Shown here piece after piece: positions 116,101-122,231 of a DNA stretch of 124,000 nt (position 1 is its first letter; each line of letters opens with the position of its first letter). A model generated the notes under the pieces. It saw nothing but the letters and a program-made list of their open reading frames with translations. It ran no database searches and had not been told where the DNA came from. This DNA is from Hyalangium minutum (lineage in GTDB: Bacteria > Myxococcota > Myxococcia > Myxococcales > Myxococcaceae): the NCBI RefSeq assembly GCF_000737315.1, contig NZ_JMCB01000003.1, positions 144,001 through 268,000 of the forward strand, in the 5' to 3' direction. A program made the translations under genes and the position numbers.

Positions 116101-118161
116101 TATGGCTGGGACGCAGGAGGGCGGCTCGCTTCGACCAAGCGGATCACCGCGCAGGAGACGGTCGAAGCCTCATATGCGTATGGCTTTGACGGACTGCGGC
116201 GGACTCGGACCGTGAACGGAGTGAGCACCCGGTATGTGTGGGGTGCGAACGAAGAGCTGCTCGAAGAAGGGCCGGCTGTGGGAAGTCGGCTGTTGTATGC
116301 CCAGGCAGGCTTCGGAGCGGTGGCGGCGGGAGGAGAGCGGCTGCTGCGGGATGCGCTGGGCAGTGTCGTGGGGCGCGTGGGTCCGTCCACGGAGCTGTCT
116401 CGCTATGGCGCGTGGGGCGCACTCCGGCAGGGAGCGCCGCCCCAGGGCATGGAACCGTCCCTGGCCTACGCGGGGCAATCTCTCGACAGCGAAACAGGGC
116501 TGAGCTACGCGCAGCAGCGTTGGTACAGCTCGGAGACCGGGCGTTTCCTCTCGGAGGATCCCCTGGGAGCGGCGGCGTACCTCTCGACCCCGACCGAGCT
116601 GAACCCCTGGCTCTATGCGAGGTCCAATCCCCTGACGTACCTGGATCCCTCGGGTTTGTGGTCCTGGTCTCAGGCTGGAGTGGGGCTGGCCAGAGCTGGC
116701 AGGAAAGCCTGGCATGAAACGGCCAATGCTTTCTCGTGGGCCGCTCGTCCTCTGAACGGCGCGTTCGGAGTGTCCTCGGGACACTACGACAAGAAGGGAC
116801 GATGGAGGCTTCGGGATACAGGCACCTTCAAAGAGGAGGCGAAGAAGCAGCTCAAGCAGATCAAGGAGGTCGCGGAGTACGTGAAGGACCACCCGGTGGA
116901 GACGGTGACTGGGCTGGTGGTGGAGCCGGCGAAGGCGATCGGTACCGGGATTGCGGCCTGTGTCGTCGGCGCGACGACGCAGGGCGTGGTGGGCGACGAG
117001 GCGAGCCGTGACTGTGGCGAGATGCTCCCGAAGGCGATCGGATCGGTAGCGGGCACTTTCTCCGGGGCAGGCGCGGCGATCCGGACCGCAGGACGCGTCC
117101 GGCGTGCCGCGGCAGATATGCGTACGGCCATGAGGAGGAGCGTCTCGGCCGCTGATGACATGGCCAGGACGAGGCTGGGCCCGCAGCGCGGATGGCCTGA
117201 CGAGGCCCCGAAGCCCGCGAGGGCCGGCGCCAATGACTGCGCGGGTGGGGTCTGCCAACGCCCAGGACAATGCTTCGTGGCGGGCACTCCCGTCCTGACC
117301 CAGGAAGGTCTCAAGCCCATTGAGCAGATTGTCGAAGGGGAACTGGTCTGGTCACGTAACGAGGAGACGGGCCAATCGGATTGGCGGCCCGTGGTGCGGA
117401 CGTTCGTGACGCCGGACCAGCCAGTGCTGAGACTGGAGCTGACGGACGAGGCCGGTCAGCGCACCGTGCTGGGAGTGACTGGGGAGCACCCGTTCTGGGT
117501 GAAAGACCTGGGATGGGTGGGAGCGTCGTCGCTGCTCCCCGGTCAGCAGGTGGCCAGCGCGCACGGAGGATGGCTCAAGGTGGGGGCCGCGACGTGGGAG
117601 CAGGCGCGCGCCACCGTCTTCAACTTCGAAGTGGAGGAATTCCACACCTACTTCGTGGGCGACGTCGGCGCGTGGGTCCACAACAGCTGTCAGCAGCCAT
117701 GGTTGTTCGCGGCGGGACAGGGGGATGTGTACACGCTCCTGGAGAAATTCAGGAAGACTCACACGTTAGGGAAAGCGGAGACCTTTGCGCTGGCAATGCT
117801 GGAGAGTGGTGAGCGTGCATTTGGAATCAACTCGGGTTTGTTCAAGGGCAGGGATTCCCGGATTCATGGCTTTGAAATGTTGAGGGAGCACGGGTTGCTG
117901 AAGAAAGCCACCATATACAGTCAGGAGCCCTTCCTGCTGCACGCAGAGGCTCTGGCGGTCATTCGTCTGTGGGAGCGGCTGCAGGGCAAAGACCTTTCAC
118001 TGATTCGGCTGTACGTCGACAACCCAACCTGCAAGCTGTGTCTGAGCGGCCTTCCCAGACTGCAAGTGGCGCTTGGGATCAAACGCTTGGAGATTTATGG
118101 CCCGGGAACCATTCACATCAGCAAGCCGTCTCTCCACCCCATTGACCTTCTCAAGAATTGA
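104113..118161 (+). CDS. Giant lipoprotein Rhs/YD-repeat polymorphic toxin with Hint domain and deaminase-type C-terminus, 4,682 aa
   Basis: TLATAC lipobox; Ig arrays; carboxypeptidase-regulatory-like domain; DUF6531-like FSRTY...GVGWRH; YD repeats; RWY...GRFLSEDP...NPLTYLDPSG core; Hint; HAE...CKLC. Confidence 0.92.
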   Translation: MIRRAPRWLWLVLGLVTLATACDRRSSEEPASAAPPAQAAQQAQALSGSTCDSVAPTGMAPGWKVAPIQAAGQNVASTIFPASVGERAILILQESAEALNQEFKTEASLNGVDWVAISRQRPLAARVVQLSASNRLELETNGGVARTSVAALSPLPCAAVEARVTHAGGSAATVETRTFTWPMGAGPALLVVESGSASQVTGRVVLGSLTVQVPAAGQLPVVEVVSPQASNTLRVEVGGSAGAWVRAVVVEPDMLPPIVSMGQPAEGAQLNASPVEVQGTAGAGAVAVKVGAVDAVLSQGQYTAQVPLVEGPNALVAEVRDQCGNVARVCRPVVLTTAPPTVVIEGVTDGQVSREPLHPTWTVTSSGPVTVEATLDGAPFVGGTAVTAEGSHELRVMVRDAAGREAQAQVGFAIDTTPPRLTLTGVEEGERRNTPAVLGFTVEEEHPGSVEATLDGAPMASGDTVSAEGAHVWTVAATDAAGNRSEVQRHFVVDVTAPTLEVLSPAPGSFTQAGSVEVVVAAADDGPVAGVWLGNAELTLGTDGKYRSLVVLEEGSNLLVLVARDAAGNSAQSSLAVTRDSTPPQLTLTTPAEGAKVAGDSVQVEGQAQDTTPLTVRVAGMTAAVAADGHFQLSVAVAQGPVSLEVVATDAAGNTARLVRGIRVNTTPPRLDLTAPASGTVTEESSIEVSGFARAADRTDTVRVEVAGTEHGVRADGSFSVQVPLEVGLNTVSVTAVDGYGLRTPRTVRVERQGPQGPGPGDGGSGDGSGGGTDGGSGEDTPDAGSGAPDAGSPGPVPDGGIPSEPPVLVLASPQENSLWGVERVSVLGRVEGGDLPLQVTVDGLPAAVTGRQFSASVALPEGSSMLHVRAVDALGRIAEVRRQVRVDQTPPFLEVTRPEQPSTTVSESPYLVEGLAGDAYLAGVTVNGAPVMVLAGHFSSSVALVAGDNTVEVEAVDLAGNRSRAVRTLRVEALPPQLTVLEPVDGSEATEPVVRVTVKVESSAPLDEVRIGTGIAANLGSGQYTAQVPLALGENVIPVSARDTLGMTGSATVRVRYRDPSTEPLTVTGVDPSDQATELEPDTLVNVAFNKAVKPASVRAGFTVSVEGQPLAGGWSVAHGAQIVSFIARDPLPEGATLQVRVAGVEPVQGPGMQGEFRSMFTVRRPLTRLRGQVVDARREPVSGVRVEVEGQGLFTRTGADGNWALFGVQPGQVVLRYEGGASSEGQVFPTVRRRFAVEAERDNEESTVVLTPVDAESAEPVDTSLPLHLTFGGRHGALEVDIPAGGLILEGGSTRGLVTLTQLPLHSLPVPTEGALRPVVVWQLQPAGTRLVRPVVLRLPNRLSAPPGSRAALFTYDPEAHRLHIAGLATLSADGTQLVSDGVLEAGSLEYFGYLPLPEESSVARAGAVSPRVANLGPLPRPPSDGLIRPLTQGFGLDPGSALAIWDSYQPFIAPAAVMGTVRGPREQAVALDLSSPSLGESRRVALDSQLRYRMPLSVQARSLYPLSSSGRDSLVLALEGVGPEGQRLGPPSGGSWRQESPQGQRAELSTQVELSLGTSSLWATGTTARGRNVLRLNAELSLADGGVPDGGATSGLLRVQRGDGGSAGGEDSEGLVRFAGMPVRVTDGWHEGGSISGPAGRYAASIIMLQSSWIPPASVLACVRLPIGWNVQSWVAWDGRVRTRKAPSTAEECSGPWEVLAWPSPIIPDIDVLVDVRWLHGNITFVDRQGEPLPPPCSDLVVRQGTEVTGLSQDAVRSTEVHFFREDNLSTPIVSYAVADPEQCDSYPGAPHGRYAKVRYGPSTLSRVASRRDSQRLLPGDRLVVFAVNHATGYSGMEVVTVPSVNQSSRAEDGSCPADDAAGGPMAVQDGSRTVSVSRCTLQDLGIEADLKLYPPEIDVRVERQSRAEGSSQEALEPSLVRHKGAATTRDNFVSVATHWRVRRQPARSWDPGVLPPVNSSCEGGSQAAGSTCAPQILLDEGPRGTWAEHYCGELPEPRTPEQQALCLKDDRELAEVPVGVPPLAGRVVRITGSAVEEPAVASFHVAPGRSTTTVQTALRRVERDGREVVLNNLTRAYYYVQVVGHPVLPRDRNSDGTLDPSEENAPPPDFEDDEDAPGIPEGVVTLKSVYRSVEPEGRIERYDRALEHEFRVMEVGSSRVTARTERGEERPLPQPGQPPSSAAASPEDVAYQFLLNLLEPEDPGRTGPPSSQYVLRLGTDSFGIECPIELNASAGTLRGTCEGEYLPEVLSAGDVLYLEVYLRGNAENVLYRFNFDGLSMREDYLGASSRFTAHRAVEQQNGKPVEDRPISRLNEAHFFLSPHELSSGRIRLCTNAECSGDGAVIKDATVLWTAAGSYAVSEQATGSAPGRLVQEVTSGAGNARHLRLGLPASVTAMPGIAAAGAGIFLVKDSESPPRARQVERLGTPKGRFQGLNAQAPGQEAVAGINVADLHLALTHTDFAVPQLAGEVSFSRTYANQNDLPSPMGVGWRHELDGFVLEESLGRYVVNLGGQAWGFIRCTTVDEEAQTASGCMTDKTHGMSLKVDSEGVQLTTEQGSVYRFNRPAVKRDQEGRRKWLLTKFHDGHGRGEQDGWTHLTYAEGTNRLTQAKRTPGELSLELKYCEDFSREDCDGVAPDAPGNLKFLARSEGFKLLKGVVLKNSQGQELHIVRFKHDRWGNLLEAERTTDPPTQKWKYTYAPIADDVPSMMAWRAINELSEARLEVAGHPQWVATYGRGGAECYAHLEAFECVSSVTQTGFMGNVLQVQGEAGHRQLKLPTGNSAEVSLNEYGNVTSSASEGQAARRLTWPSSQRGGEVRLEKSVSPSGRTLRYGTDHQLRLDEVKLEGSSDVVGLEAGALVSVLARDARGLPTSGKLSTANGPAEWSMPRSQSGDVLGLSLGGTQLFSRVTDEEGRITSERDALGNTTTFTFGALGLPVRIQVSSDSATSGLVRYTLVLEYDAYGRLIRRFNETTGEAESWRYDGQGNMLEHTLTGEPSERWTYTYTYGDQRLTVVERLEGTAYTRTALFEQGLLKSEQLSYGTGNASRAYEYEGGRLKKKTDELSVTWEYTYDSAGRLKVVKANGRTVESYGLDEDGILISTTDREGHTTQIGNDSLGRPVSWTYEDGYKEEVRRDAQGAIVWEKKMSPGADRAHVFAQEVDALGQVLSRRSAENGSGVEIVSTYDAAGRVRTREDRGRGLNESFEYGDVLGRLTRYQRTVASAAGSQNWIETRQYVDEGGRTELRILRQIDTGLGPRQENQVLVLDALGRVLKDQRLGAGVFEYTYDARGNVLERRHSVLGTTSYTYDGLGNLLSMTEPGGVTTTYTVDAAGRVLTQEGPHDQERWTFTYDLFDRPLTQVLAQAGSSPQAAWSFEYPGNGIVIETDPLSIATTRRFNSRELLLSEERGSQTAEYAYDGTWPRLHLISHEGSERKLTRSFDDLGRPLQQVEFWKQGDHSYTYSTTTAWTGRRGTRQERWEATDASVRTLTATIRVDGLGNLIEQEQGGLTDAWAYDAAGLLAREALAGRPEKRFFYEQDRLVRMENGSETTLYEYDAAGRQWKETDPSGRERTRVYNAQGLVASERFGAGETLESAYTYDRGGGLRTLTRGGAQWNFTHGPRGELQAVELPGGLGTFTYQYDALLQLKGVTPPEGGGAAAQTFAYDNWGRQLRRTRGSSVWSTAWQGGLSTTSDPNGDVVEQLYDGRGRVVRERFAPGNSSRPFHDLTAVTYAYDGLDQLLLAQESRISGAVSNVYDYDGRSRLISMRRGSEEISYTYTESGQKRTVTSPSGTLRYEYDAQDRVRRIESSQGPVVAVGWEPGGLLSEVSGNGVVERYAYWGHGLIRSIASQWDGPSAGTLRYEYGYDVRGNRLEERYTAPGATAFEVTQFGYDAADRLTGVRYPTGEAELYLLAADGSRLEEKHLQGYSGGLTPQALANATNATQHWRYAYDTAGGLQRIDDVLTGGVEAQVTTDAGGRVVAEMRGGTTRQYGWDAGGRLASTKRITAQETVEASYAYGFDGLRRTRTVNGVSTRYVWGANEELLEEGPAVGSRLLYAQAGFGAVAAGGERLLRDALGSVVGRVGPSTELSRYGAWGALRQGAPPQGMEPSLAYAGQSLDSETGLSYAQQRWYSSETGRFLSEDPLGAAAYLSTPTELNPWLYARSNPLTYLDPSGLWSWSQAGVGLARAGRKAWHETANAFSWAARPLNGAFGVSSGHYDKKGRWRLRDTGTFKEEAKKQLKQIKEVAEYVKDHPVETVTGLVVEPAKAIGTGIAACVVGATTQGVVGDEASRDCGEMLPKAIGSVAGTFSGAGAAIRTAGRVRRAAADMRTAMRRSVSAADDMARTRLGPQRGWPDEAPKPARAGANDCAGGVCQRPGQCFVAGTPVLTQEGLKPIEQIVEGELVWSRNEETGQSDWRPVVRTFVTPDQPVLRLELTDEAGQRTVLGVTGEHPFWVKDLGWVGASSLLPGQQVASAHGGWLKVGAATWEQARATVFNFEVEEFHTYFVGDVGAWVHNSCQQPWLFAAGQGDVYTLLEKFRKTHTLGKAETFALAMLESGERAFGINSGLFKGRDSRIHGFEMLREHGLLKKATIYSQEPFLLHAEALAVIRLWERLQGKDLSLIRLYVDNPTCKLCLSGLPRLQVALGIKRLEIYGPGTIHISKPSLHPIDLLKN
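117271..117684 (+). other. Pretoxin Hint (bacterial intein-like) autoprocessing domain
   Basis: CFVAGTPV...T.EHPFWV...VFNFEVEEFHTYFVG...VHN. Confidence 0.93.
117685..118161 (+). other. C-terminal Zn-dependent nucleic-acid deaminase-type toxin domain
   Basis: HAE and PTCKLC motifs, LYVD before CxxC; lower GC than the rest of the gene. Confidence 0.75.
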
Positions 118162-118173
118162 CCCGGCATATAG

Positions 118174-119640
118174 CTATTGCGCCTGCGGATTCTGAGTCGT
118201 GGGCGGGCGCGCTCGTTCCCAAGCAGGGTCGTAGCACTCCTCCTGCCACTGGTAGGTATCGTCGCTGCATGGCGGTCTCTTGTCGGCCACGCGCACCCAG
118301 CAGCCGCCATGAATGATTTTCTCCCAGTCTCGCTTGCACGGGGGGCGGCGCTGGCCCGGGAGCGGTTGCTTGGGCATGTCCAGGGAGATGGATCTGGCCT
118401 CAGAGGGAATCGATTGAACTTCCATCCGAGTGGTGAGCGCATCGTCTCCCAATCCGCGGGTACCGGCATCTGGCTCCATGCCCGCATCCAGCGCTTCAGC
118501 ACGCGCCGTCTCAGACGGCTTTGCGCTCCACTCGGGAGCCATCCAGCAGGGCCCCACCACCGCCAGAGACATCGTGAGCAGCGCGAGGAGATTCCTCCAA
118601 GGGACGGGCCGAACTTGCTGCCTCGCCTGGAGAGTTCCTGCTTTGTGCTCAGTAGCTTTGGCTGGGGCCGTCTTCGCATCGACGGGCCTCGCGGGCCCGG
118701 CTTGAGTCTGTACCGCAGGCTTCACTGAAGCCCAGAGAGGAACATCCGCTGCGGAACCTAGATGCTCCGCCGAGGTTTCCGCTGCTTGTGCCAACTCACT
118801 TGCCGTCCCGCGAGCCTCAGGCTCCGCCGCGAGCAGCCGCTCCACCAGCGCCGAGAGCTCAGGCACCACTCGGGGGTTGAGTTCATGCGTGCATTGGCGT
118901 CGCGCAACTCCACCCTGGATTTGTTTCTTGAGGTCTTCAGGCTCCGTGCCAGGAGGGGGATAGATCCGAGTCAATAACCGGTACAGCGTCACGCCCAGCG
119001 CATAGAGATCGTCCGCCGGGGTGGCGTGGTAGCGCGCTCCCGGCGTGCTCCAGTGTTGCCACTCGAAGCGTAGCGCCTCGGGGCTGCGGTACTCAGGCGT
119101 GTTGGGAGGCAGCACCCGATGGGTGAGTGGGGGAGCGCCCTTCCACGTGCCCGAACCAAAATCCGTGAGCACCGCCCGGCCCTCGGGCTCCACAAGAATG
119201 TTGTCGCCCTTCAGGTCGCGGTGCAGGCATTCCCCGCGGTGCAACACCTCCAACCCCCATGCCAGCTGGGCCACCACCCGGAGCACTTCGCGGCTGGTGG
119301 GAGTGTGCATCCGCGCCCACTCGTACAGCCGCTGGCCCCGGATCCACTCCATCACCACATAGGGATGCCGGACTCCAGGCTCGGCCTCCCACCAACCTTG
119401 GTCGATGAGTCGAGGCACGGCCGGGTGGCGGGTGCGTCTGAGCAACTCCACCTCCCGTTCGAAGCGCGGGTCATGAGGGAACACCGCCATCTTCAGTGCC
119501 ACGGGCGGGGAGCCCGGGTCGTCGGCGCGCCGGGCGCGGAACACGGCGCCGTAGCTGCCCCGGCCGGCATAGCCCTCGATGCGCCAGGGGCCGACCAGAT
119601 CTCCGATGTTCAGCGAGTCAGGTGTCCTCGTGCCCGTCAT
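118174..119640 (-). CDS. Myxobacterial Ser/Thr protein kinase (membrane-anchored)
   Basis: GRGSYGAVF, VALKMA, HRDLKGDNIL, DFG; TM and Cys-containing C-terminal tail. Confidence 0.9.
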   Translation of the reverse strand: MTGTRTPDSLNIGDLVGPWRIEGYAGRGSYGAVFRARRADDPGSPPVALKMAVFPHDPRFEREVELLRRTRHPAVPRLIDQGWWEAEPGVRHPYVVMEWIRGQRLYEWARMHTPTSREVLRVVAQLAWGLEVLHRGECLHRDLKGDNILVEPEGRAVLTDFGSGTWKGAPPLTHRVLPPNTPEYRSPEALRFEWQHWSTPGARYHATPADDLYALGVTLYRLLTRIYPPPGTEPEDLKKQIQGGVARRQCTHELNPRVVPELSALVERLLAAEPEARGTASELAQAAETSAEHLGSAADVPLWASVKPAVQTQAGPARPVDAKTAPAKATEHKAGTLQARQQVRPVPWRNLLALLTMSLAVVGPCWMAPEWSAKPSETARAEALDAGMEPDAGTRGLGDDALTTRMEVQSIPSEARSISLDMPKQPLPGQRRPPCKRDWEKIIHGGCWVRVADKRPPCSDDTYQWQEECYDPAWERARPPTTQNPQAQ

Positions 119641-119809
119641 GGCACCGGAGACTACCCAAGGGGTCGCTCGCCGTCATGCCGCTCTTTCAGGTAGGATGGC
119701 GGCGATGGAGAATCTCCCGAGAGAGACGGAGCGTCTCCGGCCGTGGACGGTTCACAGGCGTCTCGCTCTGGCAACCGCTTGGCTCGGGAGTTGCTTGAGG
119801 CCGGGCGGT

Positions 119810-120910
119810 ATGACGGGACTGCACGACCGATTCTTCCGCTACCTCTTCAACCACACCGCGCGCACCGAGGCTTTGCTGCGGCACAACCTGCCCGCGTTCC
119901 TCATGGCCGAGGTGGATTGGCCGTCGCTGCGGCGAGAGTCCGGCACGCTGGTCGACGGCGAGCGCGAGACTCGCAAGGACCTGCTCTTCTCCGCCCGCTG
120001 TCTCCAGTCCGCACCGGAGGAGCCTCCGCACTTCTTTCTCATCGAGCATCAATCCTCGGTGGACCCGTGGATGGCACTGCGGATGCACGACTACGCTTGG
120101 CGTCTCATCCAGCACTGGCGAGAGCAGCACCCCCAGAGCCGATGGATTCCCGAGGTGACGCCCCTGGTGGTGTACCCCCGGCAAGGTCGGACGTGGTCAG
120201 CGCCCCTGCGGCTGGGTGACCACTATCTGGTGCGAGCGCGCGCGGACAAAGAGGGGCTGCCTTGGATTTTGCGTTCTGGGTACTGGATGGACGCCGTCTC
120301 GAACGAGCAGGAGGCACGGGCTCACGGGGGACCACCGCTGGTTTCTCTGGGATTGCTGGTGCTCAGCTTCGCGGGTACGCGGCAATTGGCGAGGAGGTTG
120401 CCGCACTGGTGCGATCTGTTTGCCCAGGTGTACGCGACAGATGGTCCCCAAACGCTCTATCGCATGGTGCGCTATGTGCACCATCTGGGGGACGAGGAGG
120501 CCGTTGCGGCAATTCGGCGCGTGCTACATTCCATTATGGAGTCCACAAGGGCGGAGGCGTTCATGCGAACCATGGCAGAGGTGCTCAAAGAGCGGGGACG
120601 CCGCGAGGGGTGGATCGAGGGGAAGGCAGAAGGGAAGGCCGAGGGGAAGGCCGAGGGGAAGGCCGAGGGGAAGGCCGAGGGGAAGGCCGAGGGGAAGGCC
120701 GAGGGGAAGGCCGAGGGGCTCGCCGAGGGAGAGGCCAAGGGCTTGGTCAAGGCTCTCCTCCGCTTGTTAGCGGCACGAGGCCTACGTGTCGATGAGGCCT
120801 CCCAGGAGCGCATCCAGAATTGCGGCGATGTCGCCACACTGGAGCGCTGGCTCGACCGGGCTCTGAACGCTACGCGGCTCACCGACGTCCTGGACGGCCC
120901 CGCGCAGTAA
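119810..120910 (+). CDS. Rpn family recombination-promoting nuclease / putative transposase
   Basis: HDRFFRYLF, DLLFS, IEHQS..DPWMALRM..Y, PLVVY, EGKA repeats, LERWLDR tail. Confidence 0.88.
   Translation: MTGLHDRFFRYLFNHTARTEALLRHNLPAFLMAEVDWPSLRRESGTLVDGERETRKDLLFSARCLQSAPEEPPHFFLIEHQSSVDPWMALRMHDYAWRLIQHWREQHPQSRWIPEVTPLVVYPRQGRTWSAPLRLGDHYLVRARADKEGLPWILRSGYWMDAVSNEQEARAHGGPPLVSLGLLVLSFAGTRQLARRLPHWCDLFAQVYATDGPQTLYRMVRYVHHLGDEEAVAAIRRVLHSIMESTRAEAFMRTMAEVLKERGRREGWIEGKAEGKAEGKAEGKAEGKAEGKAEGKAEGKAEGLAEGEAKGLVKALLRLLAARGLRVDEASQERIQNCGDVATLERWLDRALNATRLTDVLDGPAQ
120617..120736 (+). repeat. 12-bp coding tandem repeat (EGKA x8 plus two variants)
   Basis: GAGGGGAAGGCC units. Confidence 0.9.
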
Positions 120911-120915
120911 TCGCG

Positions 120916-122163
120916 TCAGAACAGCGCGTGCTCCGCGAGGAGCACCGCCAGCCCCACGATGAAGCTCAACAGCGTCACTGGCACGCCCACGCGCAGGTAG
121001 TCCAGGAAGGACATCTTCACCTTGTCGCGCGCGGCCTCGAAGACGATCAGGTTCGCCACGCTGCCAATCAACGTCAGGTTGCCCGCCAGCGTGGAGCACA
121101 GCGCCAGCACGTGCCAGCCCAGCTCCGGGTCCTGCAGCGTCGGAACCCACGTGCGCGCCAGCATCACGAACGGCACGTTGCTGAACAGGTTCGACGCCAC
121201 CAGCGTCAGCGCCGCGAACCCCAGCGTCTCCCGCCACGGTGGCCCCGCCATCAACGGCGCGAACAGCGCCCGCAGCTCCTCCGTCCAGCCGTACTTGTTC
121301 ACCCCGTACACCACGATGAACAGGCTGGCGAAGAACACCAGCAGCACGAAGTCCACTCGCTCCATGATGGCCCGAGGCTCTCGGCGCGCCATGGCCATCA
121401 CCACCGCCGCTCCCGTCAGCGCGCTCCAGCTCATGGAGAAGCCCGCGAAGAAGGCCACCACCACCGCCGCCATCACCGCCACCGTCAGCACCATCAGCGG
121501 TCGATCCACCGGAGGCGGCTGCGGCTGCGGCTCGAAGCGCTTCGTGGGCAGCTCCTTGCGGAACAGGTACAGCAGCATTGCGATGACAATCCCCGTGGAC
121601 AGGATCGCCGGCAGCGCCATGTACGCGGCGAAGCTCGCGTAGGACAGCTTCGAGGCCCCCTGAATCAGCATGTTCTGCGGGTTGCCCGTGAACGTGGCCA
121701 CCGAGCCGCTGTTGGAGCCCATGCACACCGCCAGCAGGTACGGCACGGGCGGCAGGCGCGCGTCCTCCACCACCACCAGCACCAGCGGCGTCAGCATCAG
121801 GCACACGGTGTCATTCACCAGGAACGCGGACAGGAGCGCGCTGATCCCCGTCACCGCCGCCAGCAGCAGCCGGGGCGTGTGCGCCAGCCGCACCGTGTGG
121901 GCCCCCGCCGTCCGGAAGAACGCCGCCTGCGCCAGGTACGCCGCCAGCAGCATCATCCCCAGCAGCAGGACGATCGTGTCCAGATCCACCGCGTGCCGCG
122001 AGACGTCCTCGCTGTGGTTGAAGACCTCGGCGGGGGTGACGACGCCCAGGACCACCATGAGCACGGCACCCAGCAGGGCGCCGCCCGGCCGATCCAGCTT
122101 CAGGAACGGGAGGCGCGCCCCGGCAATGAACACATACGTCAGCAAGAAGATGGCGAGGGCCAC
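120916..122163 (-). CDS. ArsB/NhaD (YbiR-like) anion transporter
   Basis: SAFLVNDT.C, SNSGS.ATFTGNPQN, SNLFSNVP, STLAGNLT.IGSVAN. Confidence 0.88.
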   Translation of the reverse strand: MALAIFLLTYVFIAGARLPFLKLDRPGGALLGAVLMVVLGVVTPAEVFNHSEDVSRHAVDLDTIVLLLGMMLLAAYLAQAAFFRTAGAHTVRLAHTPRLLLAAVTGISALLSAFLVNDTVCLMLTPLVLVVVEDARLPPVPYLLAVCMGSNSGSVATFTGNPQNMLIQGASKLSYASFAAYMALPAILSTGIVIAMLLYLFRKELPTKRFEPQPQPPPVDRPLMVLTVAVMAAVVVAFFAGFSMSWSALTGAAVVMAMARREPRAIMERVDFVLLVFFASLFIVVYGVNKYGWTEELRALFAPLMAGPPWRETLGFAALTLVASNLFSNVPFVMLARTWVPTLQDPELGWHVLALCSTLAGNLTLIGSVANLIVFEAARDKVKMSFLDYLRVGVPVTLLSFIVGLAVLLAEHALF

Positions 122164-122231
122164 GAAGCGCGGACAGTACCCCAGGTGCTTCTGCTACGCT
122201 GCAATCCTCACGCATCGCCTCAAGGGACATC

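Noticed and set aside
118177-118728. Plus-strand ORF right after the toxin as immunity gene
   Set aside because: Lies wholly antisense to the kinase CDS, no RBS, composition looks like a shadow ORF
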